The notes under the pieces are model-generated. The model worked only from the letters and a program-made list of their open reading frames with translations, did no database searches and was not told the DNA's origin. Shown here one piece after another: positions 1-11,907 of a DNA stretch of 64,000 bases (its first letter is position 1; each line of letters starts with the position of its first letter). Both the position numbers and the translations under genes were made by a program. The stretch is from Thalia democratica (Eukaryota): the NCBI GenBank assembly GCA_965202585.1, contig OZ241833.1:30256001-30320000 (forward strand), written 5' to 3'.

Positions 1-451
1 TTTTCTAAAAACTGGATTGCAACCACTTTAGTTTTTAAATAAGCACTTATTACTTTTTTTCTAATTACAACGACAATAGCTAAAAGTCTATTTGTTGTTT
101 CAAATTTAACTACTTCGTTAAAAATTATTCTTAACAAGAAAACTCTTAACGTTAAATTTATAAACAAAATAACTACAAAAGACATAACTTTTTAAGTAAT
201 TAAGTAATATAAAAGCTTTTTAAATAAGTAAATTTTCTAACGATAATGATTTGATTTATACTGTTTTTTGATATGTTTATTTGCACTAATAAACCTTTTT
301 ATGAACCATTTACTTCATAATAACTTCAAAATTGATTTTTTTTTTTTTTTTTTTAATATTTTGGTATATATTAAGAACATTATAAAATTAAATGCAAAAT
401 AAGCTTTAAATATTTTTAGATAACTATACGATCCATACAAATAAATAGAAA

Positions 452-813
452 CAGGGTTGCCACTTGTTTTTTCAAATTTTTTCCAGGTTTTTCAAATTTC
501 TTCCAGGTTTTTAAAATTACACATTTTTGGGTCTATTTTTAGTTTTAAGTTAATTTCTATTTAAGAAACTGTGTTAAATATTATAAAAATATTGAAAAGA
601 TACTGTAAAGTTACTTTAAATGTGTTTTTTAATAAAAAAATTTTATGATGATGACAAAAAATCTTAATTATATGATAGATTTTTTGTGTCAAATCTAAAT
701 TTTACTATTGAAAATGTTAAAATTATTAAAATTTCCAGGTTTTTCCAGGTTATTTTAGCCTAAATTGTCAAAATCCAGGTTTTTCCAGGTTTCCAGGAAA
801 AGTGGCAACCCTT
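452..813 (+). mobile_element. MITE with CAGGGTTGCCAC termini and 6-bp TSD (family A)
   Basis: Starts cagggttgccac, ends gtggcaaccctt; internal ttccagg repeats; TSD tagaaa at 446-451 and 814-819. Confidence 0.85.
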
Positions 814-1032
814 TAGAAAGAAAACTTCCATTTTTTATAAATTGATATCAGCTATTTTTAAACAGAAGATGTTTCTACTTTTAGTAAACGAGTTTTAAAA
901 CAAGTAAAAACATTAGCATGTAAATTTTCTAAAAAGCTTTCTGATACATGTTTACTAAATTCTAAATATATAGTAAAATTAAATTACAAACTAACCAAGT
1001 ATTAAAATATACAATAAAACAAACAAACTAAC

Positions 1033-1165
1033 TATACAACAAATGTTCTGCAAGAGCCTCATTAGTCAACTTATTGTAGTTTTCACAACTTTCTTGAAAT
1101 TTTGACGATTTTGAAAAAATGCTTCCATTGAAAATCGTTTCACCAGTATCTGTGTCCGCTGAATT
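1033..1165 (-). CDS. GPAM: GPAT1/GPAM-like glycerol-3-phosphate acyltransferase, internal exon (last one found in the window)
   Basis: cag acceptor, GTTAGT donor; NSADTDTGETIFNGSIFSKSSKFQESCENYNKLTNEALAEHLLY resembles the LAEHILF segment of vertebrate GPAT1; phase 0 to 1. Confidence 0.8.
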
Positions 1166-1719
1166 CTGAAAATTTATTTTACTGTTAAAATATTATTTTA
1201 ATTTTTTCAAATGCCAAACCGTAAATTTTGTTCAATAGTTCTACTAAGGATGTATTTTTAAACAAAAGTTTTGTTTATCTTTAAAAATTGGATTAAACAG
1301 GTTTAAATTGAATAAAACATGTTGTTTAGTTCTATGATATAACTAACTTTTGTAGGGTAAATATAAATATAAACGATGCTAGTGAATAAATTTAGAGTAT
1401 TTCAGTAAATTTCCGAGCAGCATAAAAAAGTAATGAAAATATTACAACACTTAACTGTTTTCAGGGTCCTTTTGTTATTTTAAACATTTATTAAAAATAT
1501 TTTATTTATTCTTACCACATCCGGTTAAAAAACTAAAAGTTTTATCAGACTGCTAATTGTTTACTATATTTCGCTATTTAAAACTATCTTGTTCAAGTTT
1601 TATATTTTTAACAAACATTTCTTTATAAAAAGAGTAAGCTCTTATACTAAACAAATCAACTGTAGTCATTTATTTTTGTTAAGCTCAACAATATTTCAAA
1701 TTATTTAAAAAAAATTAAC

Positions 1720-1806
1720 CGTTGTAATATTTTTGTTTTGAGATAAACTTTTCTGCATATCAACAAGAGGTAGATTTGGGGAGCTTCTTAGTTCTTCCAA
1801 TGTTTT
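1720..1806 (-). CDS. GPAM: Probable GPAT exon (poorly conserved linker)
   Basis: cag acceptor, GTTAAT donor, 29 open codons KTLEELRSSPNLPLVDMQKSLSQNKNITT; phase 0-0 fits both neighbours; no recognisable motif. Confidence 0.45.
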
Positions 1807-2133
1807 CTGGTGATTTACAAATACATATTAAAAAACATATATTCATTTTAATGGTTCACAGTAGTTTTTGTAAGTATTTATGTTAGCAAACTTATAGTTT
1901 ATGAAGTTTTTCTTTCAAATACACTACATAAAGCTTTACTTTTCTAATCCGAAATTAACATGTGTTTATAACTTGACCTTTAACTGTACTGTATCAAGTT
2001 ATTATTGTATAAAACATAATTCTACATTCTAGTTCCATAACTTTCAGAAATAATATTTGTTCACGTGTTTAAAAGCCTTTAATTAAATTTAGTTTGTTTT
2101 TTTAAGATAACTCTAAAAATAATAAAAAGTAAC

Positions 2134-2247
2134 CTTCAAAGATTTAGGGTTTCCAAAATTAATTCTGATATTGCCATAGAAACCCATCAGGACCCTGAAT
2201 GTTGTTCTAACAGCCCCAAAAAATGTCTCCGGTTTTTTAGATTCACC
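2134..2247 (-). CDS. GPAM: GPAT exon
   Basis: tag acceptor, GTTACT donor; GESKKPETFFGAVRTTFRVLMGFYGNIRINFGNPKSLK aligns with GKPKKNES...YGCVRVDFAQPFSLK of GPAT1. Confidence 0.88.
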
Positions 2248-2754
2248 CTAAAAATTTGAAAGTATTAGAGTATTTTGTTAAAAATAAAAAAACAAGAAAA
2301 AATTTCAGTTACTTATGAACATTAAATTGACAAATTTTTCCTAAAGCTTTAAAATAGTTGTGTTTATATTTATTTACTGTTTCAACAAGACTTCATTATA
2401 CAATACACTCTTAATTAAAAAATAAGCTAACTTCGAAGCTAAAATAAATGCTAAATTTTCGAGCAAAACCTTATAACTTATATTTTAAGGGTTATGTACT
2501 TTTATACTTATAGGTTTTAAAGAAAATTGTTTTGAACTTCATGTTTTAATAAACAAGCATCTTCAAATAATTAATTAAACAAAAATTTAATTAAACTGTT
2601 TAATAACAACATGTTGTGTAATTTATACTTTTGATATAAATATATTGTGTTTATAAGTTATTAAATGCTTTTTATGTTCAACTAATAATGATTTAGCTAA
2701 AATTTTATTACGTTTCTTTTTAATTTTTTCAACAATTCCTCAGTTACAAAAAAG

Positions 2755-2828
2755 CGTCCTCGGGTGGGCTCGAACCACCAACCTTTCGATTAACAGTCGA
2801 ACGCGCTAACCGATTGCGCCACGAAGAC
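2755..2828 (-). tRNA. trnN-GTT: tRNA-Asn (GTT)
   Basis: GTCTTCGTGGCGCAATCGGTTAGCGCGTTCGACTGTTAATCGAAAGGTTGGTGGTTCGAGCCCACCCGAGGACG; paired anticodon stem, A/B boxes, T-run terminator. Confidence 0.97.
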
Positions 2829-2830
2829 CG

Positions 2831-2941
2831 CTGGTTGCTAAGCAATTCTTGAGTTTATAAATGCTACTGGTTGCTAAGCTATTATTGTGTCTATAAACTC
2901 TACTGGTTGCTAAGCAAGTTTTGAATTTATAAATGTTACTG
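2831..2941. repeat. 3 x 36-bp tandem repeat immediately upstream of tRNA-Asn
   Basis: Units begin ctggttgctaagc at 2831, 2867 and 2903; each contains a TATA-like (t/c)tataaa. Confidence 0.9.
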
Positions 2942-4088
2942 AAGGTTTTAAGCATAACTTTTGGTAAGCATAACATTATAAAATACAGTTAAATTTTTAT
3001 TTACAGAATTTTTTTTTTAATTTTGACGTAAAAACAATTTTATATTAATTTTCAAAAAAAAAATTTCATAAAAACATATAATTATTTCATATATTACAAA
3101 CCTATAAATAAATTACAAACTTAATTTGTTTTACTATTTAGTTTTGAAGCAGCTATACTTTTATAGAAAGGTGAAACCAGTCTTAAATTTTTATCAGAAG
3201 TCTAAAAAATTTTTAATGAACTTTAATATAAATTTAACCTTAAAATATCAACTTTTATAAAAATGTATGTTAACATGCATGCATTAAATGAACATGCTTA
3301 GAAATGTTCATAATCTCAACATTTGCAACAGTTTATAGGAATATGAAAAACTTGCGATTTACTTTATAAGACAATAATTAATTTATATTACATCTAATAT
3401 TACATCCTAAAGTTAGAAGAACACCTAGACGAAAACAAGAAAAAATATTATTATGAATATAAAATTGGGAAAAACATTTTTTTAATTAACAATTGTCAAA
3501 AACTGTTACAGCTTGAAATTATTTAAAATTTTGCTGTAAAGCCTGCTGACATAACAAATTGCAAAAAATTTATTATAAAAAATACTTCAACTTACATTTT
3601 AATCATCAACATACTTAAGACAAGTTTGCCAAAGTTTTTAATGTACAAGTTTTTGTGTCCGTTTTTAACATAAAACAAAGTTTACCATAAAAAAAGTTTT
3701 AAATAGTACAAAAATATTGATAAGTTACTTTAATGCTACTTTAAGTTGTTTTACATTAAATTAAATTTAAACTATACAAAAAAAAAGCGTATTTGAAAGA
3801 TTTTTCGAATCTAGTCTTTTTTTACATGTTTATTTTACATGTAAAAATTGGTTAAATTATTAATTTTGTTAAAGGGCTTTTTTTATCAATTCTAGGTTTT
3901 TTCCAGGTTTCCAGGTTTGTTAGAAACCGTCGACAGAAACTATACAATCAGTGTTTTAAATATATTTACTTATAAATTATACCTTTAAACTTTAGTTTAA
4001 TTAAAAGATTCTTAAAGTTACGTGTTTCTCCGAACAGTTATTTTTTTAATGTAATATTAAATTACTTGGGAGCTAAAATTAAAAGGCG

Positions 4089-4162
4089 AGGCACCACCGA
4101 GATTCGAACTCGGGATCTCCTGTTTACTAGACAGGCGCTTTAACCAACTAAGCCATGGCGCC
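4089..4162 (-). tRNA. trnT-AGT: tRNA-Thr (AGT)
   Basis: GGCGCCATGGCTTAGTTGGTTAAAGCGCCTGTCTAGTAAACAGGAGATCCCGAGTTCGAATCTCGGTGGTGCCT, canonical cloverleaf. Confidence 0.97.
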
Positions 4163-4630
4163 GCTTGGGTAATGAACAACTTTTCAGTTTATAAACTACG
4201 TACTATTGTTACGTAACAGACGTGTGAGCTTTAAAATGCCTTAGGGCAAACAATGTAGCAGTGTAGCTTGTTTCATGTAGTTGTGCGTATAATATTGTGT
4301 TTTGTTTGCTGACATCAGTAAAATAATTTTAAATAAAGTAAGCGTTCTATTCCATGATTGTGTTTTATATACAGATGTAATTAGATACTATTCACCGGGT
4401 ATTAACAGCCTTTACTAAACGACTAGTCTGCAAATAAAAATTTTAATGATACTGTATAAAATATAGAAATTATAAAAGCTCAATGAGTTATCTAACTGAA
4501 CTAACATATTACTAAATTATATTACTTTATTTATATATATATATCAAAATTTTCACCAAGAAACATTAGTAGTAGTTAATTATCAATATAAACATATTGA
4601 GTATTCAACGTTGGTCATTGAACTTGGTTG

Positions 4631-5047
4631 CAGGGTGGCCACTCGTTTTTTCAAAATTTTTTCCAGATTTTCCAAATTTCTTCCAGGTTTTTAAAAGTAC
4701 CAATTTTTGGGTCTATTTTTAGTTTTAAGTTAAGTTTAAGGTATGAAACTGTTTTAAATAGTGTAAAAATATTGAAAAAATTCTGTAAAGCTACTTTAAA
4801 TATGTTTTTTAATATTTTTTTTTATGATGAAAAACATTATTTTTATATGACAGATATTTTAAGTCAAACCGAAATTTTACTACTGAACATGTAAAAATTG
4901 TTCAAATTCTAGGTTTTTCCAGGTTATTTTAGTGATTTTTTTTCAAAATTCTAGGTTTTTATCAATATTTCCCGAAATCCAGGTTTTTCATGCCTAATTT
5001 GTCAAATTCCAAATTTTTCCAGGATTCCAGGTAAAGTGGCAACCCCG
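4631..5047 (+). mobile_element. MITE family A, 6-bp TSD
   Basis: cagggtggccac ... gtggcaaccccg; TSD tggttg at 4625-4630 and 5048-5053. Confidence 0.85.
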
Positions 5048-5629
5048 TGGTTGTATGTAAAAGTGTTAATAAACACTGTTATAAAAAAATATATACATAA
5101 TATAACCATGGAGGCAATATTTTAATATAATTACACAAAGCTTCAAACTGATAAGATTTTATAAGTTAGTATACAAGCATAAAATTAGCCGATCAATAAG
5201 TACAAATTAGGAAAAACTTAAACTTTTATTGTTTAAATTTAATGATTCATTGATTTTGAATTGTAAACCAAGTAAAGTAAGGCTCTCAAAACTTTGACCA
5301 TGTAAAAACTTATAAGATTTCAAATAAATATGTGTAGAACATTTTCGATTACTTAAACATTTCTGTAAACTAATGACAAAACTTAGAATAACATCAACTT
5401 TTATGCTCCAAGTTTAAATTTTACCTTATTTAATATAATATATAAAAAGAGTATAAAACTTGTAACAGACCATACTACTTACATAACAGTAATTAGATAG
5501 CATTTCTATGCATAACAAGATATAACAGAAAATACTCTACGCATGTATAAGTATTTAATTCATTGTATAACTATTTTCATAAGTAAGCACTATATTAATG
5601 TACTGCCTATTTATTTTTTAAATCAATTT

Positions 5630-6952
5630 TTTTTAAATATAACAGAATACATTTCATTTTTCTTAAATTTATTTTAGTACTTTCGTAGTAAGGTACATAA
5701 GAAATAGTAAACTCTAAGTTAAAATGTATACAAATTGAAATAAAACCATACTGTAGAGTGTAGTTTAAAGTTTTAAAATACAAAACGACGTAATAATCGA
5801 ATGTTAAAAATTAACCAAGTGCTATGCTATATACATTAGGTTTACTAACAAAAGTCGTTAGAATTAAAACAATCTAAAATAAACAAGCGATAAAAATTAA
5901 AGCTAAATATTAAAATAAAATTCAACTAGAAACTAGTTACTTTAAAATTACTTAATATAAGGATTTAAGAGTCTAGTTAGGTATACGAACTTTTTCTGCT
6001 TACATAAACTGGGCCTTAAAGATTGAATACATAAGGCTTCCAAAATATGCAGTTGAAAAGAGTTCTCCGCTCTCAATAAGACTGAAAAATTCTCCATTTT
6101 ATAAGTTTTAGCACACTCAGGTTTGTCCAACAAATGTTGCCCAATCGCCGAGAAGTATTTTTTCGTTGGTTTCTCCAAACGGCCATCAAACCAGCTTTTC
6201 AAGACTTTTGGAACATGCTGATCGATTTTTACATGAAACCTTTGAGATATTTTTTCACGTAGTCACTACCACAGTGACAACTAAATTTATAGATGATATT
6301 ACTTTTTCATGGGTGGGAGAAACATCTTTGTAAATTCCACTTAGAGGTCGATTAGTATACAAAACTATTCTAAAATGAACAGAGCTGAAAACCTGGTTTA
6401 TTTCTTTTGAAATTTTTTTAGAAAACTTCTCAGAAATATTTCCAAGGTATGGAAGTTTTAAGTATACTGGACACTTCTGAGGGCCAATAATTTTTAAAGG
6501 TGTTAAACTTCTAGCTCTTGTTATAACTTTCGAAACTAAGTTACCTGGATAACCAAGGGAAAGGAAAGTGTTTTGAAGTGTTTTCAACTCGCCTTCAAGA
6601 AAGCAAGGGAACAAAGTCTGGTGAAACGCTTCACAATACCCGTTAAAAATCCTAACTTCTGCTTGACTAGACCAAAAGATGCTTACGGAACATATAATGC
6701 TTCTGAATTTAATTTACGATAGATTTTAGTAAAAAATTCCCCCTCAACTGATCGTTAGATACAAACATCTAAAAAGTTTAATTAATTGTTGTGTTCTTCT
6801 TCTTTTGTAAAACTGAGGTTTTTGTTAAGATTATTTAGGTTATTTAGAAAACCGGAACTTCTTGTCTATTTTCAAGCATGACAAAAGTGTCATCTAAGGA
6901 TTGGAGATACATAAGAGGACTTTTACAGTTCAAAAACAACTTACTTTATAGG
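5630..6952 (-). mobile_element. Penelope-like retroelement 3' fragment (RT end, GIY-YIG endonuclease, 3' UTR); left arm of palindrome
   Basis: Reverse complement of 7047-8362; broken frames give LGYP..., YLKLPYLG, IIYKFSCHCGSDY and SAIGQHL...LEAL.I...PSLC.QK, typical of PLE proteins. Confidence 0.9.
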
Positions 6953-8362
6953 TTGAGTTTAGTTTTAATGGTAAAATGTACAAACAGATAGATGGGGTTG
7001 CAATGGGTTCACCTTTAGGTCCTATCTTGGCATATTTTTGTTGGTTACCTAGAAAGTAAGTTGTTTTTTAACTGTAAAAGTCCTCTTATGTATATCCGAT
7101 CCTTAGATGACACTTTTGTCATGCTTGAAAATAGACAAGAAATTTCCGGTTTTCTAAATGACCTAAATAATCTTAACAAAAACCTCAGTTTTACAAAAGA
7201 AGAAGAACACAACAATTAATTAAACTTTTTAGATGTTTGTATCTAACGATCAGTTGAGGGGGAATTTTTTACTAAAATCTATCGTAAATTAAATTCAGAA
7301 GCATTATATGTTCCGTAAGCATCTTTTGGTCCAGTCAAGCAGAAGTTAGGATTTTTAACGGGTATGGTGAAGCGTTTCACCAGACTTTGTTCCCTTGCTT
7401 TCTTGAAGGCGAGTTGAAAACACTTCAAAACACTTTCCTTTCCCTTGGTTATCCAGGTAACTTAGTTTCGAAAGTTATAACAAGAGCTAGAAGTTTAACA
7501 CCTTTAAAAATTATTGGCCCTCAGAAGTGTCCAGTATACTTAAAACTTCCATACCTTGGAAATATTTCTGAGAAGTTTTCTAAGAAAATTTCAAAAGAAA
7601 TAAACCAGGTTTTCAGCTCTGTTCATTTTAGAATAGTTTTGTATACTAATCGACCTCTAAGTGGAATTTACAAAGATGTTTCTCCCACCCATGAAAAAGT
7701 AATATCATCTATAAATTTAGTTGTCACTGTGGTAGTGACTACGTGAAAAAATATCTCAAAGGTTTCATGTAAAAATCGATCAGCATGTTCCAAAAGTCTT
7801 GAAAAGCTGGTTTGATGGCCGTTTGGAGAAACCAACGAAAAAATACTTCTCGGCGATTGGGCAACATTTGTTGGACAAACCTGAGTGTGCTAAAACTTAT
7901 AAATGGAGAATTTTTCAGTCTTATTGAGAGCGGAGAACTCTTTTCAACTGCATATTTTGGAAGCCTTATGTATTCAATCTTTAAGGCCCAGTTTATGTAA
8001 GCAGAAAAAGTTCGTATACCTAACTAGACTTTTAAATCCTTATATTAAGTAATTTTAAAGTAACTAGTTTCTAGTTGAATTTTATTTTAAGATTTAGTTT
8101 TAATTTTAAATTTTATTGCTTGTTTATTTTAGATTGTTTTAATTCTAACGAGTTTTATTAGTATACTTAATGTATATAACATAAGCACTTAGTTAATTTT
8201 TAACATTCGATTATTACGTCATTTTAAAACTTTAAACTACAGTATGAATTTATTTCAAATGTATTCATTCTAACTTAGTAAGATACTATTTCTGATGAGC
8301 CTTACTGCGAAAGTACTAAAATAAATTTAAGAAAAATAAAATGTATTCTGTTACATTTTTTA
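6953..8362 (+). mobile_element. Penelope-like retroelement, 5'-truncated and inactivated; right arm plus spacer of palindrome
   Basis: 6953-7046 reads EFSFNGKMYKQIDGVAMGSPLGP (RT motif), followed by RT thumb and GIY-YIG remnants with stops and frameshifts. Confidence 0.92.
8287..8323 (+). ncRNA. Minimal type I hammerhead ribozyme in the Penelope 3' region
   Basis: tattt-CTGATGA-gc cttact gc-GAAA-gtac-TA-aaata: stem I tattt/aaata, 2-bp stem II, palindromic stem III AGTACT, CUA cleavage triplet. Confidence 0.75.
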
Positions 8363-8700
8363 AATAAGTTATGCATCGTAAAAAAGCAAATCAATTTTTG
8401 AAAAGCTTAGCAAAGCAAATCATATTAAACTAAACTTAACTTCTAAATAAATTTAACCTTAGCCTAAGGTCATTTACTGGGATCAAAAGTTAAGTTCTTC
8501 ATTCTAATATATATTTCAAGTTTACAAAAAGTTAGCTTTGTAATTTCATTACTTTTTCAAATGGCATTAATTTTGGAAGCTTATTTGAAAAATATCTTGT
8601 TTTTTCAAAAACCGATACTAACTCACTTTTTTTAACTTTTAAATCTCTTCATATTTTGACATTTATATCAAAACAAAGTAATAATAATAAATAAAAGAAC

Positions 8701-8772
8701 CTCCCCGTCGGGGAATCGAACCCCGGTCGCCCGCGTGACAGGCGGGATTACTCACCACTATACTAACGAGGA
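8701..8772 (-). tRNA. trnD-GTC: tRNA-Asp (GTC)
   Basis: TCCTCGTTAGTATAGTGGTGAGTAATCCCGCCTGTCACGCGGGCGACCGGGGTTCGATTCCCCGACGGGGAG. Confidence 0.95.
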
Positions 8773-9774
8773 TTACTACAGAATAATTACAAATACGTTT
8801 ATATACATTTTGCAGCTTTTGTAACGTAATAACAAGCCTAGCATAGCATGTAGCGATTAAATAAGCACTTGAGGCTATTGTTTACTAAACTGCTTAAGGG
8901 ATTAACTTTACAACACATGTTTTAAATTATACTTAAAATGTTATAAGCCTTCTTAGTTCTAAAAAGATAGTTATATGCTATTCTTATAACTTATTCAGTT
9001 TTTACAATTAAATGCTAACAAAAAAATTCAATTCCATTAAACAGTTTACTATTACCTTACTACATAAAATAATATAAACATTAATTAGAGTAATATATTG
9101 TAAAATTGTGTTTATTTCAAACTTAAATCTTAATTGCGTTTATGCTTAAAGAAAGTAATGAAATAAAACATACAAAGGTTTTAAATTATTTTTAAGTATC
9201 TATTGTGTTAAATCTTACAAAACTTTGTCTTCTAGATACTGTTTAACCAGAATAACAACAGCTGAGTTAAAATAAAAACATGCTTTTTAATCCAGACTTC
9301 AAAGAATGTTATTATCTTCAGAGCACAATTTTTGAAAAGTTTAGTTTATAAAAACAATTCCTTCTTTTGAATTAAACATCTACAACAAAGCTTTTTACAG
9401 GCTAAATTGAAATATTGTTTTAAGAAGAACAGTAATTATAACTGAAAACTACAAATACTACTTTAAGCTTAAAAATATTTTTATTGAAAAAATATATTAT
9501 TGCAATTGTATAAATATATTTAGGACTTAGCTTAAGTATCAATTTTTCATTAACATTTAGTCTGTTTATTTCACAATTTAATAAGTAAGTGACCTACAAC
9601 AATACTTGATCAGAAATTGAGTAAACTTGTTGTCTAATTGATTGTTTAGTACATTGTGTTTATTATATTAACTAATTTAGCAGTAGACACGAACTTCAAG
9701 TGCTTGTCTAATCAATACAAATCAAGCTTGTTATTGCACCATAAATTCTACAAAAAGTACATAAATATATTAAA

Positions 9775-9846
9775 TCCCGTTAGTATAGTGGTGAATATAC
9801 CCGCCTATCACGCGGGCGACCGGGGGTTCGATTCCCCAATGGGGAG
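9775..9846 (+). pseudogene. tRNA-Asp-derived pseudogene, anticodon ATC
   Basis: Asp body with a deletion in the acceptor stem, loop CTATCAC, an extra G in the T-arm and stem mismatches. Confidence 0.85.
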
Positions 9847-10108
9847 AATTTTTATTTTGTTGATTTAGAAAGATAAATAAAACAATGTGCGCTAATATAA
9901 TAAAAACCTTTTTTGATAACTTATCTTATATTTTTAGAATTTTTTAGATTTTGGATACTTTAATGAATTTTGAATAACTTTTCAACAAGTTTATCAATAA
10001 TCGATAATTTAATTTGTTAGTTTGTTTTAAAATCAAACGTCACACGTAAAATACAAAAATACCTAACTTAATAATAATAAAAACATTAAATTATTAATTT
10101 AAAAAGAG

Positions 10109-10182
10109 TTTCACCACCGAGATTCGAATTCGGGATCGCTTGTTTACTAGACAGGCGCTTTAATCAATTAAGCCATGGTGCA
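10109..10182 (-). pseudogene. tRNA-Thr(AGT) pseudogene
   Basis: Homologous to 4089-4162 with broken acceptor stem, D-loop GG to GA and B-box GAGTTCG to GAATTCG. Confidence 0.88.
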
Positions 10183-10767
10183 GCTTGTTTTATGAAATTA
10201 GTAGTGAATATATTTTGTATATATAACTTATTAAGAAAAGTCAAAAAATATAAAACCAGAACATACATTTCATAAAAACAAAAAAGTGTTTTAATCTTCA
10301 GCTATTACGGTTTGAAATAAATAGCACTTTGCTAAACAATGTTATTAAAAAAAAGTTATACAAAAAACAATATGACGTAACTAGTTGAAGTAAAGTGTTT
10401 AAGTTTATTTAATCACATTTTTTCTATATATATATATGTATGCTAAATAATGTTAACAAATAATAGTAACAAATGCTAAATAATGTTCTTTGCTGAATTA
10501 GTTGACAAACATACATGTTTATTCAGCTCTAAATTAAAATAACTTGTACAAAATGCATTGTGTTTAAGAAAAGTTGTACAGTTGTATAGTAGTCTTAGCT
10601 GACTGCCGCAAATGAACTCAAAAAAGCAAAATTTCATCAAGAATTACCGCAAAACCAACATTTTGCGGTAAGTAAGCTAAGTTGAAAATTCCCTGAAACA
10701 GTACAGGTTTAAGTATCATTCAACAAGTTTTTGTAAAAAAAATGAAAACAAAGCTAAGCAGAGCACA

Positions 10768-11078
10768 GGCGATTCAAGCAGAGGCAACTCGAGCAAAAGC
10801 ATTTCAAGCTGAGGCAATTGAGCAGAAGCAACTCGAGCAAAAGCATATCAAGCAGAGGCAACTTGAGCAGAAGCAACTCGAGAAGAAGCAACTCGAAAAG
10901 AAGCAACTCGAGAAGACGCAACTCGAGAAGAGGCAACTCGAGAAGAGGCAACTCGAGAAGAGGCAACTCGAGAAGAAGCAACTCGAGAAGAGGCAACTCA
11001 AGCAGAAGCAACTCGAGCAGAGGCAACTCGAGCAGAAGCAACTTTAGCAGAGGCAACTCGAGCAGGGACAACTCAAGT
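10768..11078. repeat. 15-bp minisatellite (about 21 units, consensus GCAACTCGAGAAGAG)
   Basis: Direct tandem units visible; they generate the low-complexity ORFs listed at 10742-11129. Confidence 0.95.
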
Positions 11079-11702
11079 GGAGCAAATCAATCACTTTCAA
11101 CTCGAATTTTTTTTTTCTGCACCACCTAGGAAAAATACCACGCGACGCCGCTGAAACTTACTTTTAATGGCTAGTGAAACAGTTGTTTTAGAAAAAACGT
11201 TTTATTTTATTTAAACTACTATGTATGTTAAATCATAGACTTAAAATCCGAATACAACCATATAAGATGACTGTTTACTCCCATTTTTTAATATAAATAA
11301 AAGCTAAAAAGAAAAAAAAATGTAATCTTTTCAATGTATTGCTTATTACTCAATTTTAGTATAACAAACAGTTTGTTATACATTGAAAAACGTGGCAAAA
11401 CCTAAAAACAAAATGAACTTAACTTTAATTAGTTTGAATATTATGTTATATTACACTAGTATTCAAACAGCTACTTTATAAACTTACATTTTTTTACATA
11501 TGATATATCAATTAAACCTCTCAGTAGGTGGTTATTAAATTATCTACAATTAGTTTTAAAATAAGATTTTTTGAAATTTTCCTCGATACGTTTGCACAAT
11601 CGTTTTTGTTATCTTTAGCTAATAAGCTAGTGTAAAAAGAAAACAATTATTGTAACAAAACAGAAGCAAACATGAAACTTAATTAACTGATAAACAAAAA
11701 GG

Positions 11703-11775
11703 TGCCCCGTGTGAGGATCGAACTCACGACCTTCAGATTATGAGACTGACGCGCTGCCTACTGCGCCAACGGGGC
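11703..11775 (-). tRNA. trnM-CAT: tRNA-Met (CAT), elongator type
   Basis: GCCCCGTTGGCGCAGTAGGCAGCGCGTCAGTCTCATAATCTGAAGGTCGTGAGTTCGATCCTCACACGGGGCA. Confidence 0.97.
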
Positions 11776-11794
11776 ACACGTATACGATGGATAT

Positions 11795-11898
11795 TAAATA
11801 AATATATATTTCTTGGTTGAGTTTATTCACAAACTAATTACAAGAATGATAAAGTCTGTAATATAAAACATAACTAAAACTAGGTAAATACTTCTACG
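11795..11898 (-). repeat. 3' LTR
   Basis: Matches 13963-14066 except position 11808 and the terminal base 11898 (CG instead of TG). Confidence 0.95.
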
Positions 11899-11907
11899 TC
11901 TCCCCCC
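11899..11907 (-). promoter_or_regulatory. Polypurine tract GGGGGGAGA
   Basis: Directly abuts the 3' LTR on the element strand. Confidence 0.85.

Noticed and set aside
4628-4894. 88-aa ORF, and similar ORFs at 51998, 53588, 58873 and 59464
   Set aside because: They lie inside MITEs, start at non-ATG codons in several cases and have low-complexity AT-rich composition.
10742-11129. Four overlapping ORFs (KQLE-, LLEL-, SSC- and SRR-rich)
   Set aside because: All are reading frames of the 15-bp minisatellite; no independent coding evidence. The array has no unique spacers, so it is not CRISPR.
11703-11775. Idea that the adjacent tRNA-Met is the primer for the LTR element
   Set aside because: The PBS (TGATAAAGTC) is not complementary to the 3' end of this or any other tRNA in the window.
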